Origin: the human T2T-CHM13v2.0 reference genome, Homo sapiens
DNA: 64,000 nucleotides
NCBI RefSeq assembly: GCF_009914755.1
Contig: NC_060927.1
Reading direction: 5' to 3' (one strand)
A model generated the notes under the pieces. It made no database searches and had not been told where the DNA came from. It saw nothing but the letters and a program-made list of their open reading frames with translations. Each line of letters starts with the position of its first letter. Position 1 is the first letter of the stretch. This document shows, piece by piece, positions 45,940 to 60,301 of the stretch. The position numbers and the translations under genes are program-made.

Positions 45940-46470
45940 CGTCTCTCCTCATAGTCTCAACTGTGTACTGGGCTGTTCTACCTGGATTCCTCATAGAAGA
46001 CTCACACTCAAGATATATTATGACTAAGTCCATTGTTATCCCATTAACTTCTCCTTAAACCTGATCATCCTCCTATGATCCTGATTACAAGTAATATGGC
46101 ACCACCACCCTGCAAGTTTTCTTAACCTCTCTCTCTTTCCCATTCCCTTACTTTTAAATCCAAGTCAACAATTCTCATCAACATTACCTTTTAAAATATT
46201 TTGAATCTCTTTCCTTGTTTTAACCTCTTTGATATTACCTTTGTTCCTCAATTCTAACTTGAGTATTGGCATAGCTTCCTGTTATTCCCCACTTCGTTCA
46301 CTTTCCTCCAGACCGCCAAGGTCATCTTTCTAAAATGGATATTGATCATCTCACTCCACTACTTAAATTCACCCAGTGGCTCACCAAAGCTATGGATAGA
46401 CTCCAAATACCTTAATGTACCATGCAAGGGCCTCAGCAATCTGGCCCTTTCTTACCACTCTGGTTTTGCA
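45940..46470 (+). mobile_element. L2 remnant
   Basis: ggcaccaccaccctgcaag, atctttctaaaatgg...tgatcatctcactccactacttaaa. Confidence 0.6.
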
Positions 46471-49185
46471 TCCTGGGTACCAGTGATCCCCATCCTAGTC
46501 ATACAAAAAGGACAAGATCTGGGCCAGGAGCCTGGGACAGAAGCGGGTGTCACTTCCCTGCAGGCTGCCCCCAGAAAGGAATCCAGTGAAAGCTGAGACT
46601 GTTTTGGGGAAAGGCTGGATAAAAATCCTGGCAGACATCCACGCTAGCTGTTGTTTCCAAGACCAGCCAGGAGAAAGGTGCTTGTCTGAAGGCAAAGGAA
46701 CCAAATTCAGGGAACCCACATGGAAGTGAAGGCAGTTTTAGGACATAAAAGGAACAGCAGAGACCAAAGCAATTCTCTGAATTGAAAAGCAAGCGACTGA
46801 CACACTTTCACTCAAAAGCTGCAGGCTGAGAGCTTCCCAGGCTGAGTTTAGGACTATAGTTTGGAACTACAATTGGCTCTGAGGCACCACTTAAAGTGCC
46901 CCAAGGTGTCAAGCTGTCTCCAAACTACATATAAATGTGCTGTTCCTTCTGCCGAGAGCTCACTGACATTTTATCTGCCTGACAAAGCCACTCTTAAAGC
47001 ATTGCCTCCTGTAGAAAGTCATCCATGAATCCAAAGGCAATATTAAGTCTAGGTGACATTCTGGGATCAACAGAATGTGAAGTATGTTTGCATTTGGTAG
47101 GGAGCATCCAGTTCATCTTTGAACCACAGAAAATCATTAGAAATGCGTATATATATGGAGGAAGCCCTTTTTCATGCCACTTACAAATGGAATTCGCTTT
47201 CCCCACTGTGATTTTTGATGTGGTATGTAGACAAACGCTAAAAGAAACTTTAAAAGGCTAGATCAAGATCAGATGACATGCCTAACTGACAGTTCCTGTA
47301 TATGATCCAAAAGCCATTGATAAACCAATAAACCCTACAAAGTGTCTAAAATTATTTTTAAACTTTTTCAATTTAGTTATACTGAATGTGGTCCTGGTTA
47401 GTGATAAAATTAGTAAGCCTATAGCCTACCTGCTCATCCTATGGAGTAACAGATGGAGAGACTCGGACCTGCAGCTTGTTGAAAAGAAAGTTAATTTAGA
47501 ACTTTGAGGAGACACTCAAAAGCCAATTGGATGAATTTGGTTATCACAGGTTATTGCTTTTTGTAAATTAGATTGACTTTTCTTTGTGTCCATTCTACTT
47601 TAACTGTATCTGAAGAGTTAAGCCAGGTGAGCCACCACTCAGAAAAGGATCTAAATAGTTTTGCAGCTAAAGAACTCCCTTTAGTAAGGGCTTTCTTCAA
47701 CCTAAGAGAAATTAACAAAAAGGCTACAATGAGTATGGTTACCTAGATTTAAATGCACACATTTTGGCTAGCAGTAAATCAGGGAAAACTATTTGTCTCA
47801 TTATCAAGGGGATTTGGCTTACAGAATCCCTCTCTGGGAAACCATGCTAAGAATACCCTGAGATTTGCCCTCAGGCTTACCAATAGTACCACTTGGGGAC
47901 AATATTATTAAAGAGTAGAGAAAGGGGTCTTGATTATTTTTTACAGTATTTAAACTGTCCTCATAGAGACAGGCAGGAAGGCAGTAGTTACTTTGATACC
48001 CGTAGCCCCTTGATTAGAATTATTATTGAAGTTTCCCCTTAGAATAACCAACAGGTTACTATTTAACAGCCTGAAAATGCAGTTATAAATTAATTTGATC
48101 AAATGTTTTCATCTCTGTCTCCAGAGACTAGTCTTGCGGTGAACCAAGAGCCTAGTTCAGATCTCCTGTAGATGAATATTTAGGTGAAATTTTCCTCTGA
48201 AATTCAAATTTCTAAATATTGATACACCTCAGAAGAGGTTCTAAATTTCTCAAGGTTGGAACCAGGCATAACCAGCCTACACTTTCTACCATGAGTTACA
48301 TTTGTGACCAAATAAAAGTTACTGTGAACAGCCAAACTAAAATGGATTCCAAAATATTTAATTTGAAGGAACTCATTCTTGAAAATTTAGCTTCCTTATA
48401 AATGAGTTATTTTAAAGGATTGTCAGAAGACTATCAGGTCAGGACATTGAGCTTCATTCGCTATGCAGCTATGTTCCATGCTCCAATGTTGAGACACTGT
48501 GAGTTCTGCTCTAGAGAGCCCTGGACATCAGGGGAAATGCAGGCTGGCCTCATGAGGTCTGGCCTTGTATGTTTCTTGTGCCTGCTAATTTTGCTAACCC
48601 CATTGTAGTTGCATAAGCCCAGAATGCTAAGCCGAGGTATAGCACTGCCAACCTCATAAACCCTTTAGACCCTTTCCTCTGGAAAGAGGAGAAATTTGAG
48701 TGAGAGCCAGCCACAATGCTGACATTCTGTAACAGATGAAAATGGACTGCAGGTGTGTCAGCAACCCTGGGAACCAAAAAATTACCACACAGGGGATTTG
48801 TAGGTGAGGAGACTGGACTAGATAACAAAGACATATCAAATACTTACATCTATTATACTTTTGCAACAGACAGTTTAAGAGAAAACAGTTTATTTAGATC
48901 CACAATCACATTCTAGAGGTGACTATTTACCTGAAGCAAGAGTATCAATTGCCAACAGAACACTGCGAGGCAACCAGCATCTTGTCTCTTCCAGTATGTT
49001 AAAAATAACCAATACTTATAAAAGAATTCAGTGATATTCTATGACCATATCTGTGCCAGTTACCTCTAAGAGCCTACCAAGAATTTATAATCTATTTGGG
49101 AAGAGAGCAGCTACATATGAAGCATCAGGGAACTATTAGATTCTTACCTGTACCAGAGTAAACGTTCAGTACTCTCCAAACAAGG

Positions 49186-49636
49186 TGTATTTATTTTCTA
49201 TGGTAACAAATTACCACAAATTTGGCAGCTTAAAGAAACAGAAACTTATTCTCTCCCAGTTCTGGAGGCCAGAAATCCAAAATCAGGGCCACACTCCTTA
49301 CTAAGAATCCAGGGGAGAATTGCATCTTTGCCTCCTCCAGCTTCTGGTGGCTGTAGGCCTTCCTTGGTTTGTGACGACATCATTCCAATCTCTGCCTCCA
49401 CGGTCACTTGCCTCCTCCTCTTCTGTGTGTCAAATGTCCCTCTCATTTCTCTTATAAGGATGCTTGTGATGGCATTTAGGGCCCACCCAGATCAGCCAGG
49501 AAAATCTCCTTATCTCAAAATCCTTAATTGTATCTGCAAAGATGTTTTTTTTTTTTTTTCAAATAAAGTAATATTCACAGGTTCTAGAGATGAGGATTAG
49601 GCATATCTTTGGGGTGCCATTTTTCAACCTACCACA
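49186..49636 (-). mobile_element. MLT1C-like MaLR solo LTR
   Basis: gtaacaaattaccacaaatttggcagcttaaa...cagttctggaggccagaaatcc...caacctaccaca. Confidence 0.87.
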
Positions 49637-49649
49637 GAAGTGGAAGTTC

Positions 49650-50040
49650 ACTGTAGGACTGAGTAGTCAGTTTCCTTCTCATCCTGAGATGATGGATTTT
49701 ATGCAGCACCTTTAAAAATAGCTAACATTTCAACTGGCAGGCACAAAAAGTTGAGCGAGCATTCAAAGTAGAGGGAAGAGCAGGTGCAAAGACCATCATG
49801 CATTTTCAGCAAATGAGGTATGAGGCCATATGTGGTGCCCATGGGGAGTGATTATCACTGCTCACCAATCCCTAATGGAAGGCATGTAGTAATGAGCAGG
49901 GTTAATCAGGCTGGACAGGTAGGGTGAAGCCAGATTATGAAAGCACTTGAAATACAAGTAAAGCAGTCCAAACTTGATTTAACAGACAACAGGGAATTAT
50001 TATGGATTCTTAAATAGGGAAGTACCATGATGGCTAATTT
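49650..50040 (-). mobile_element. L2 remnant
   Basis: ggaagagcaggtgcaaagacc; ggctggacaggtagggtgaagccagattatgaaagc. Confidence 0.5.
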
Positions 50041-53000
50041 TCTGGGGCCCCAAAGCAATCACTACATCTTCCCAGCATTTACTCTATCCTATCTCATTAG
50101 CAAAATCTCAGCCACTGTATTTATTTTCCTAAATTATCTTTTTTGGGGGAAACATTAACAAGAATTCAGTATAATCCACATAATGAAAAGATTTTGCTAC
50201 TGGATTTATTCTATTAGAAAAATAAAAAATTAAACATAAGCCATATTTGTGTATATATATATATATATATACACACATCTGTGTGTATATATACATACAT
50301 ATATTTCCATTACTTTGCTTGAAGGAAAAGCTCTGTTTATGAGCAATTATTTATACATCTGGCTTATAATAAAATCATATTATGCAAAAGAACAGAATCA
50401 ACTCAAAGATGAAATTCTGATTATAACAATATGGGGGCTTTACAATATTCCATTAGGGAGAAAGGAAATGCTAGTCAGCAACCCAACCAGGAAAAACTAT
50501 TTTGGTCCATAAATTATGCAGCTTTGTGTTTATTCAATTAAGTTAATCCTAAATGAATCCTTCTGTGAAAACGCTATGTAAACACTGCAACATACAACAG
50601 GCAAGCAGTGCTGGGGGATGCCTGCGCAGAGGATTGCCAATTGGATCTGTCCCACCATGGAGCGGCTCCAGTTGCTCATTCGCTCAACTCCACCGACATC
50701 TCCAACAGTGTGAGATCAGGTTTAATAAAAACTCCGTCTGGCTCCAGGGCCGCGCAAATCCAGGTGAGGCCTCGCAAGTCCTTGAGACTTGATTGTTTGG
50801 GGCTACAGCAACAGAAATTTGATGGAGGTTTTATTAAATCTGTGAGAGACTTAAGAAGCCTCCTATTGCTTTAAAAGGCAATATAGAGTATTGGGAGGGC
50901 TGCCCTTCTGGGTACATATTGAAAGTTCTATTGTAGTATGAGGATTTGATAGGCAATTGTCCCTTTTCATGACTCTGCATTGAGTAAAGCAGGTCAATAT
51001 TGGAATTCATATACACATCTGCATTTGCTATAATTCCATTTCTACATTCACAATAAATAATTGACTTAGCAGGGTTAAAACTAATAGCTATGAGAACCTC
51101 TGTACTTCAGGAAAGAATTTTCCCTCTGCAATTTGCCCTGTGGCTGGTATCCTTCTCTAGGCCTTGATGATAGTCACCTGGGAGCTCAGAGTTTGATTTC
51201 TAATTGATAGAGAGCTCCATGATATAAACTCAGCTCGTTCTTTTTTTTTTTTTTTAATCTATAATAGCAATACAGTCAACACTGATTCGACTATTTGGTT
51301 ACAGTGAAGAGCAAGTGGTGGCCCAAATAAAGGAAACAAGGAAGAGGTGGTAATGGGACAGCTGGAAAACATTATCTACCCCCAAGAAAACAACGCTGGT
51401 GGTCAGCTAACATTGCAGGGTTTTGAGATAACAGTACATGAAAAACCTTTGTGATTTTCTTCTCCCAAAATGTGGGTTATGTTAAAATTCCATGAAACTA
51501 AGATTTTAACTTGATGCCTTTGGATACCAACAGAAACATATTTTCAAAATGGTATTCATTGTAGTAATTTAACCTCTCTAAGTCATCTGGAAGACACAAC
51601 AATTTGGAAATCACCAATGGTAAATAAGGTATTTTGTTTTTCTTTCTGCCGCTACTATTTAAAGTAGGATGACTCACAGCCTCTTGGAGCTAGTACACTT
51701 CTATCATGAAATTTTTTTTAAAAGGAAACAATAAATACATAGTAGTCTCACAAGGAGATATTTGGATGACTTATTAAAGCTCTAATCTCTACCAAACTTT
51801 GGAAATATGCATGGTCAATCTAAAAGTGCTAATATAAAAAGTCACTGAGTTATAAAACTAAGGAAGTATTTTGGATTACTTTGAATAGAAGGATGTGCAA
51901 TTGTGGACCTTAATTAAAATTTGTGGATCTCACAAAAAGAACCACACAGTGCCAGCAATTCCATGTCTCAGGCCCACAGTCAGCTCAGTATTTTGCTACC
52001 ACTAGTTTTCTCCATTTTTTTTTAATAGCATGTAGTAAGTGAACAATAATAGAACTGATTCTGAAGGTTATTTAAAGCAAGGCATTTGTAGGTGCATAGC
52101 TGTCAGATTTTTGAAGAATAATTCCAACTATGTCTTAAACTAAAATTTTGTTATTCTCCTGCACAGTAGCATAAAACAAAATGTCCCACAGCAATTCAGA
52201 TTGAAGTTCCTTGTGCTCAACGTCCAACAATAAAGGGAACAATCTTTAAATAACTTAAGTAGTTATTTTAAAACTGTCTCCTTTCAAAAATATGTTATCC
52301 AACGTCTGAGTCTTTCAGAAGTTAAATCTTTGAGAAATGAAATGAGGAATCTGGCGATTAGAACTAGGGTACCATTATGGCCTTGGTCAGATATGGACAC
52401 TGCAATTTTTCAGATACAAAAAGACTGCCAAGTAAGTCTAATAGTTTCCCATTCCACACCCCCCCACCCCCGTTACTTTCTCTGTCTCCTCTCTGTGTGT
52501 TGGGTGATGGAGGAGCAGTGAGTGTGTGCATATACACATGTGCCTGGGTGGGTATGATAAGTAAGCCTGTGTCTGTCTTTGATCTTAATTTTCCCAATCA
52601 GGAGGATGAAAAGAAGACAGATATGGTGAACCCTAGAGGGACAGTTTTTTGTTTTAAAAATGTTAACTGATGTAGATACCATTCAGGTCCTGTATTTTAT
52701 TCAAAATTCAGAAAGGAAGACTCATTCCACCTGTGAAGGAAATGGGCACTCTCACCCCATAGAAAGCCTATGATTCGGAAAATGTGAACACTAAGGAGGA
52801 CCATTTGGAAATGTTTTTGGTCTTGCTCCAGTGCCTGCAGAGGCTGTGATGGATATGTTGGCTGAAGGCTCTTCTGACTTCCACCCCAAGCCACCACCTT
52901 GGTACACCGCTGCTGCTCCCTCCCTGAAGTATTTTCAGGCCATGGACAGGGATCATCCACAAAAAGTTTTTTGCTCTTATAAATGTTATTGTTACAAACT

Positions 53001-53780
53001 TGTAAATGAGTGAAAAAAAAGAGTTGTCAATAGCCCTTCATATGTTTGTTTAACAAATATTAATTTCCTGTCACTCTGTGCTCTAAATAAGATGGAAACA
53101 AAAATATATACAACAGTGCCAGTCCACAGTGCAAACATCAATAAACAACAAGCCAGGCCACTGAATTGCTTCCTCCACGTTGTTAATAATGTTATCATCG
53201 TTTATTACTAGTAAACTTTTGACATAGAACCTGGTTCTGTTTGGCCCATGAAAAACAAGGCTTCTATGACCTAAGTGGTATAACCTCAGATAGACAGTTC
53301 TGCTTAGATAACACCCAGGATGATGATTAATCCAAGGAAGAGCAGAGTACAGCTGGTACAATGTCTACCCCTTCCACCATACTCACCCACAGCCTTATTT
53401 TTAATCATTTTTCTATGATTCAAATTTAAAACTGGAACAAAAATATTACTAGTTTTTTTTAAGTTGTTTGAGGACACAGAACAAGTGTCACTTTCTTCAT
53501 GTTCTCCTGTGCCTAATGTGGTGTCTTACACAGAGTAGTCATTTAATAAGTAGTTAAGTTGACTTGGACCTACTCCATTTTCAAAATATCTAAACAATGA
53601 CTAAAAATAAATTGTAAATCTTAGGAAGAAAGCTCTGGTGTAATAAGAAGCCTACCCACTCTAATTTAAGGGGAAAAAAGGTGGGTAAAAAATTTCAACA
53701 TAACTACTCCTCAAAATCAATCAGTTTATGAATAAAATGTATCTTTGTTCAACAAATTCATCTATAAACATAGTTATTAA

Positions 53781-54125
<345 letters not shown>

Positions 54126-54721
54126 TGATCTTTTACTAAGGTGTAGAGTTTTAAAATGTTGTCATACAGAGAGATGGGTAAGAGATGGATAGAGAGATAA
54201 TGATGACATCAAAGCTGTCACTAGGTTATCATGGTCCTTTCTGCACAATGGTTTAAACCTCACAGAAGGTAGAAACGTCATGCACAAGACCAAGTTTTGT
54301 ACTTCCTTGCTGTAGACTTGCTTCTTTCTTTCTCACTGGCTTCATGTTCTCAACTCACACTCAATTCCTTTCTCTCTAGCTCTAGGTTTCTTTCTCCCTG
54401 GCTCTAGCTCTAGCCTAGAGTTTATAATTACATTTCATGTTGGAAATGCCTACATCAGTAAAGGGAGCTTTAAAAATTCATTTTTGAAACGTTCATCTGG
54501 TAAAATAAAGTTGCTATACATTTTGGCATATCAGCTCTGGCTTCTCTCATCCTCTCTGACATGGTAGGCTCTCAGAAAGTTTACCAACAACTTGATGGCT
54601 ACTGCCAATTCTGATTACCTTTGACCTTCTTAAGAGGAAAACAGCATTACTTTCATCTTGCCTTCTGCCTCTGCCTTCTCACTCCAGAAAACCAACTAAA
54701 ACCTTTCCCCTGGCTCCACCT

Positions 54722-55150
54722 TGGAAAAGCCTGGCAATTCCTCAAATGACAAACACCGAGTTACCACATAACCTAGCAGTTCTACTCACTGGTATAAACC
54801 CCAGAGAAATGAAAACCTATGTCCACACAAAAACTTAACATAAAAGTGAAAACAACCCAAATGTCCATGAGTTGACGAATGGAGAAACAGAATGCAGTCT
54901 ATCCATAAAATGAAATATTATTCTGTGATGAGAATAAATGAAGTACTGATACATGATACAACATGGATGAACCTTGAAAACATTATGCTTAGTGAAAGAT
55001 GTCAATCACATAGGAGAACATATTATATGATTCTATTGATATGAAATGTTCAAAACAGGAAAATCTAGAGGGACAGAAAGCAGATTAGTGTGTTTGTTCA
55101 TTCCTAGGCCTAGGAGGGATGGGGATTTGGGAGGTGATTGTTAAGGGGTA
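54722..55150 (+). mobile_element. L1MB/MC-like 3' end, host of the L1PA; resumes at about 60885-60975
   Basis: aacatggatgaaccttgaaaacattatgct...acagaaagcagattagtg; continues caggatttctttt...atgaaaatgttttaaaattgactgtggtg after the L1PA. Confidence 0.82.
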
Positions 55151-55444
55151 CAGGATTTGTTTTTTTTTTCTTCTTCTTTTTTCACTTTTTTTTTTTAAAT
55201 TATACTTTAAGTTCTGGGATACATGTGCAGAACGTGCAGGTTTGTTACATAGGTATACATGTGCCATGGTGGTTTGCTGCACCCATCTACATTAGGTATT
55301 TCTCCTAATGCTATCCCTCCCCTTGGCCCCCCACCCCCCAACACCCCCAGTGTGTGATGTTCCCCTCCCTGTGCCCATATATTCTCATTGTTCAACTCCC
55401 ACTTATGAGTGAGAATATGTGGTGTTTGGTTTTCTGTTCCTGTG

Positions 55445-58400
55445 TTAGTTTTTGCTGAGAATGATGGTTTCCAGCTTCATCCCTGTCCCTGCAAAGGACA
55501 CGAACTCATTCTTTTTTATGGCTGCATAGTATTCCATGATATATATGTACCACATTTTCTCTATCCAGTCTAACAGTGATGGGTATTTGGGTTCGTTCCA
55601 AGTCTTTGCTATTGTGAATAGTGCTGCAATAAACATACATGTGCATGTGTCTTTATAGCAGAATTTGTAATCCTTTGGGTACATACCCAGTAATGGGATT
55701 GCTGGGTTAAATGGTATTTCTAATTCAAGGTACTTGAGGAATCGCCACACTGTCTTCCACAATGGTTGAACTAATTCACACTCCCACCAAAAGCATAAAA
55801 GAACTCCTATTTCTCCACATCCTCTCCAGCACCTGTTGTTTCCTGACTTTTTAATGATTGCCATTCTAACTGGCGTGAGATGGTATCTCACTGAGGTTTT
55901 GATTTGCATTCCTCTAATGACTAGTGATGATGACCTTTTTTTCATATGTTTGTTGGCCACATAAATCTTTTCTTTTGAAAAGTGTCAGTTCATATCCTTT
56001 GCCCAGTTTTTGATGGGGTTATTTGTTTTTTTCTTGTACATTTATTTAAGTTCTTTGTAGATTCTGGATATTAGCCCTTTGTCAGATGGATAGATTGCAA
56101 AAATTGTCTTCCATTCTGTGGGTTGCCTGTTCATTCTGATGATAGTTGCTTTTGCTGTGCAGAAGTTCTTTAGTTTAATTAGACCCCATTAGTCTATTTT
56201 GGCTTTTGTTGCCATTGCTTTTGGTGTTTTAGTCATGAAGTCTTTGCCCATGCCTATGTCCTGAATGGTATTGCCTAGGTTTTCTTCTAGGGTTTTTATG
56301 GTTTTAGGTCTTACTTTTAAGTCTTTAATCCATCTTGAGTTAATTTTTGCATAAGGTGTAAAGAAGGGGTCCAGTTTCAGTTTTCTGCATATGGCTAGCC
56401 AATTTTCCCAACACCATTTATTAAATAGGTAATCCTTTCCCCATTGCTTGTTTTTGTCAGGTTTGTCAAAGATCAGATGGTGGTAGATGTGTGATGTTAT
56501 TTCTGAGGCTTCTATTCTTTTCCATTGGTCTATATATCTGTTTTGGTACCAGTGCCATACTGTTTTGGTAACTGTAGCCTTGTAGTATAGTTGAAGTCAG
56601 GTAGCGTGATGCCTCCAGCTTTGTTCTTTTTGCTTAGGATTGTCTTGGCTATACAGGCTCTTTTTTGGTTCCATTTGAAATTTAAAGTAGTTTTTTCTAA
56701 TTCTGTGAAAAAAGTCAGTGGTAGCTTGATGGGAATAGCATTGAATCTGTAAATTACTTTGGGCAGTATGGCCATTTTCACAATACTGATTCTTCCTATC
56801 CATGAGCATGGAATGTTTTTCCATTTGTTTGTGTCCTCTCTTATTTCCTTGAGCAGTGGTTTGTAGTTCCCCTTGAAGAGGTCCTTCACATCCCTTGTAA
56901 GTTGTATTCCTGGGCATTTTGTTCTCTTTGTAGTGATTGTGAATGGGAGTTTGCTCATGACTTAGCTCTCTGTTTGTCTATTATCAGTGTATAGGAATGT
57001 TTGTGATTTTTGCACATTGATTTTGTATCCTGAGACTTTGCTGAAGTGCTTAAGAGCTTAAGGAGTTTTTGGGCTGAGACCACAGGGTTTTCTAAACATA
57101 CAATCATGTCATCTCCAAACACAGATAATTTGACTTCCCCTCTTCCTATTTGAATACCTTTATTTCTTTCTCTTGTCTGATTGCCCTGGCCAGAACTTCC
57201 AATACTATGTTGAATAGGAGTGGTGAGAGAGGGCATCCTTGTCTTGGGCTGGTTTTCAAAGGGAATGCTTCCAGTTTTTGCCAATTCAGTATGATATTGG
57301 CTGTGGGTTTGTCATAAATAACTCCTATTATTTTGATATATGTTCCATCAATACCTAGTTTATTGAGTTTGTTTACCATGAAGGGGCATTGAATTTATTG
57401 AAGTCTTTTCTGCATCTCTTGAGATAATCATGTGGCTTTTGTCATTGGTTCTGTTTATGTGATGGATTACGTTTACTGATTTTTGTATGTTGAACCAGCC
57501 TTGCATCCTAGGGATGAAGCCCACTTGATCATGGTGGATAAGCTTTTTGATGTGCCACTGGATTCGATTTGCCAGTATTTTATTGACGATTTTTGCATTG
57601 ATGTTCATCAGGGATATTGGCCTGAAATTTTCTTTTTTTGTTGTGTCTCTGCTAGGTTTTGGTATCATGATAATGCTGGCCTCATAAAATGAGTTGGGAG
57701 GAGTCCCTCTTTTTCTATTTTTTGACATAGTTTCCAAAAAAAAATGGTACCAGCTCCTTTTTGTACCTCTGGTAGAATTCAGCTGTTACTCCGTCTGGTC
57801 CTGGGCTTTTTTTGGTTGATAGGCTATTAATTACTTCCTCAATTTCAGAACGTGTTATTAGTCTATTAAGGGATTCAGCTTCTTCCAGGTTTAGTCTTGA
57901 AGGGTGTATGTGTCCAAGAATTTATTTCTTCTAGGTTTTCTAGTTTATTTGGGTAGAGCTGTTTATAGTATTCTCTGGTGGTAGTTTGTATTTCTATGGG
58001 ATCAGTGGTGATCTCCCCTTTATCATTTTTTATTGTGTCTATTTGATTCTTCTCTATTTTCTTCTTTATTAGTCTGGCTAGTGGTCTATCTATTTTGTTA
58101 ATCTTTCCAAAAAACCAGCTGCTGGATTCATTGATTTTTTGAAGGGTTTTTCAAGTCTCTATCTCCTTCAGTTCTGCTGTGATCTTAGTTATTTCTTGTC
58201 TTCTGTTAGCTTTTGAATTTGTTTGTTCTTGCTTCTCTAGCTCTTTTAATTGTGATGTTAGGTTGTCAATTTTAGATCTTTCCCACTTTCTCCTGTGAGC
58301 ATTTAGTGCTATAAATTTCCCTCTAGACACTGCTTTAGCTGTGTCCCAGAGATTCTGGTACATTGTGTCTTTGTTCTCATTGGTTTCAAAGAACTTATTT

Positions 58401-59211
58401 ATTTCTGCCTTAATTTTGTTATTTATTCAGTAGTCATTCAGAAATAGGTTGTTCAGTTTCCATGGAGTTGTGTGGTTTTGAGTGAGTTTCTTAACCTTGA
58501 ATTCTAATTTGATTGCATTGTGGTCTGTTTGTTATGATTTCCGTTCTTTTGCATTTGCTGAGGAGTGTTTTGCTTCCAATTATGTGGTCGATTTTAGAAT
58601 AAGTGTTATGTGGTGCTGAGAAGAATGTATATTTTGTTGATTTGTGGTGGAGAGATCTGTAGATGCCTATTAGGTCCCCTTGGTCCAGAGCTGAGTACAA
58701 GTTCTGAATATCCTTGTTAATTTTCTGTCTCGATCTGTCTAATATTGACAGTAGGGTGTTAAAGTCTCGCATTATTATTGTGTGGTAGTCTAAGTCTCTT
58801 TGTAGAACTTGATTTCTAAGAACTTGCTTTATGAAACTGGGTGCTCCTGTATTGGGTGGATATATATTTAGGATAGTTGGCTCTTCTTGTTGCATTGATC
58901 CTTTTACCATGATGTAATGCCTTTCTTTGTCTTTTTTTATCTTTGTTGGTTTAAAGTCTGTTTTATCAGAGACTAGGATTGCAACTCCTGCTTTTTTTTT
59001 TTTTTTGCTTTTTATTTGCTTGGTAAATCTTCCTCCATCCCTCTATTTTGAGCCTTTGAGTGTCTTTGCATATGAGATGGGGCTCCTGAATACAGCACAC
59101 TGATGGGTCTTGGCTCTTTATCCAATTTGCCAGTCTGTGCCTTTTGATTGGGGCATTTAGCCCATTTACATTTAAGGTTAATATTGTTATGTGTGAATTT
59201 GATTCTGTCAT
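55445..59211 (-). pseudogene. L1 ORF2p (EN/RT), multiply frameshifted
   Basis: MTESNSHITILTLNVNGLNAPIKRHRLANWI start; [35 protein letters not shown]; split over many ORFs. Confidence 0.95.
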
Positions 59212-59274
59212 TATGATGCTAGCTGCTTATTTTCCCCATTAGTTGATGCAGTTTCTTCATAGTGTCAATGGTCT

Positions 59275-60301
59275 TTACATTTTGGTTTGTTTCTGCAGTA
59301 CCTGGTACCGGTTTTTCCTTTCCATATTTAGTACTTCCTTCAGGAGCTCTTGTAAGACAAGCCTGGTGATGGCAAAATCCCTCAGCATTTGCTTGTCTGT
59401 TAAGGATTTTATTTCTCCTTCACTTATGAAGCTCAGCTTGGCTGGATATGAAATTCTGGGCTGAAAATTCTTTTCTTTAAGAATGTTGAATATTGGCCCC
59501 CACTCTCTTCTGGCTTGTAGGGTTTCTGCAGAGAGATCTGCTGTTAGTCTGATGGGCTTCCCTTTGGGGGTAACCTGACTTTTTTCTCTGGCTTCCCTTA
59601 ACATTTTATTCTTCATTTCAACTTTGGTGAATCTCATGATTATGTGTCTTGGGGTTGCTCTTCTTGACTAGTATCTTTATGGTGGTTCTCTGTATTTCCT
59701 GAATTTGAATGTTGGCCTCTCTTGCTAGGTTGGGGAAGTTCTCCTGGATAATATCCTGAAGTGTGTTTTCCTACTTGGTTCCATTCTCCTCATTACTTTT
59801 GGGTACATCAATCAAATGTAGGTTCAGCCTTTTCACATAGTCCCATATTTCTTGGAGGCTGTGTTTGTTCCTTTTCATTCTTTTTTCTCTAATCTTGTCT
59901 TCTTGCTTTATTTCATTAAGTTGATCTTCAGTCTCTGATATCCTTTCTTCTTCTTGATCAATGCAGCTACTGATACTTGCATATGCTTCGTGAAGTTCCC
60001 ATGCTGTGTTTTTCAGCTCCATCAGGTCATTTATGTTCTTCTCTAAACTGGTTATTCTAGTTAGCAATTCCTCTAACCCTTTATCAAGGTTCTTAGCTTC
60101 CTTGCATTGGGTTAGAACATGCTCCTTTAGTTTGGAGGAGTTTGTTATTATCCACCTTCTGAAGCCTACTGCTGTCAATTTGTCAAACTCATTTTCTGTC
60201 CTGTTTTGTTCCCTTGCTGGCGAGGAGTTGTGATCCTTTGAAGGAGAAGAGGCATTCTGGTTTTTGGAATTTTCAGCCTTTTTGCACGTTTTTTTCCTCA
60301 T
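59275..60301 (-). pseudogene. L1 ORF1p, disrupted
   Basis: ...SLQEIWDYVKRLNL... and KGKPIRLTADLSAETLQARREWGPIFNILKEKNFQPRISYPAKLSF lie in two separate ORFs. Confidence 0.95.
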
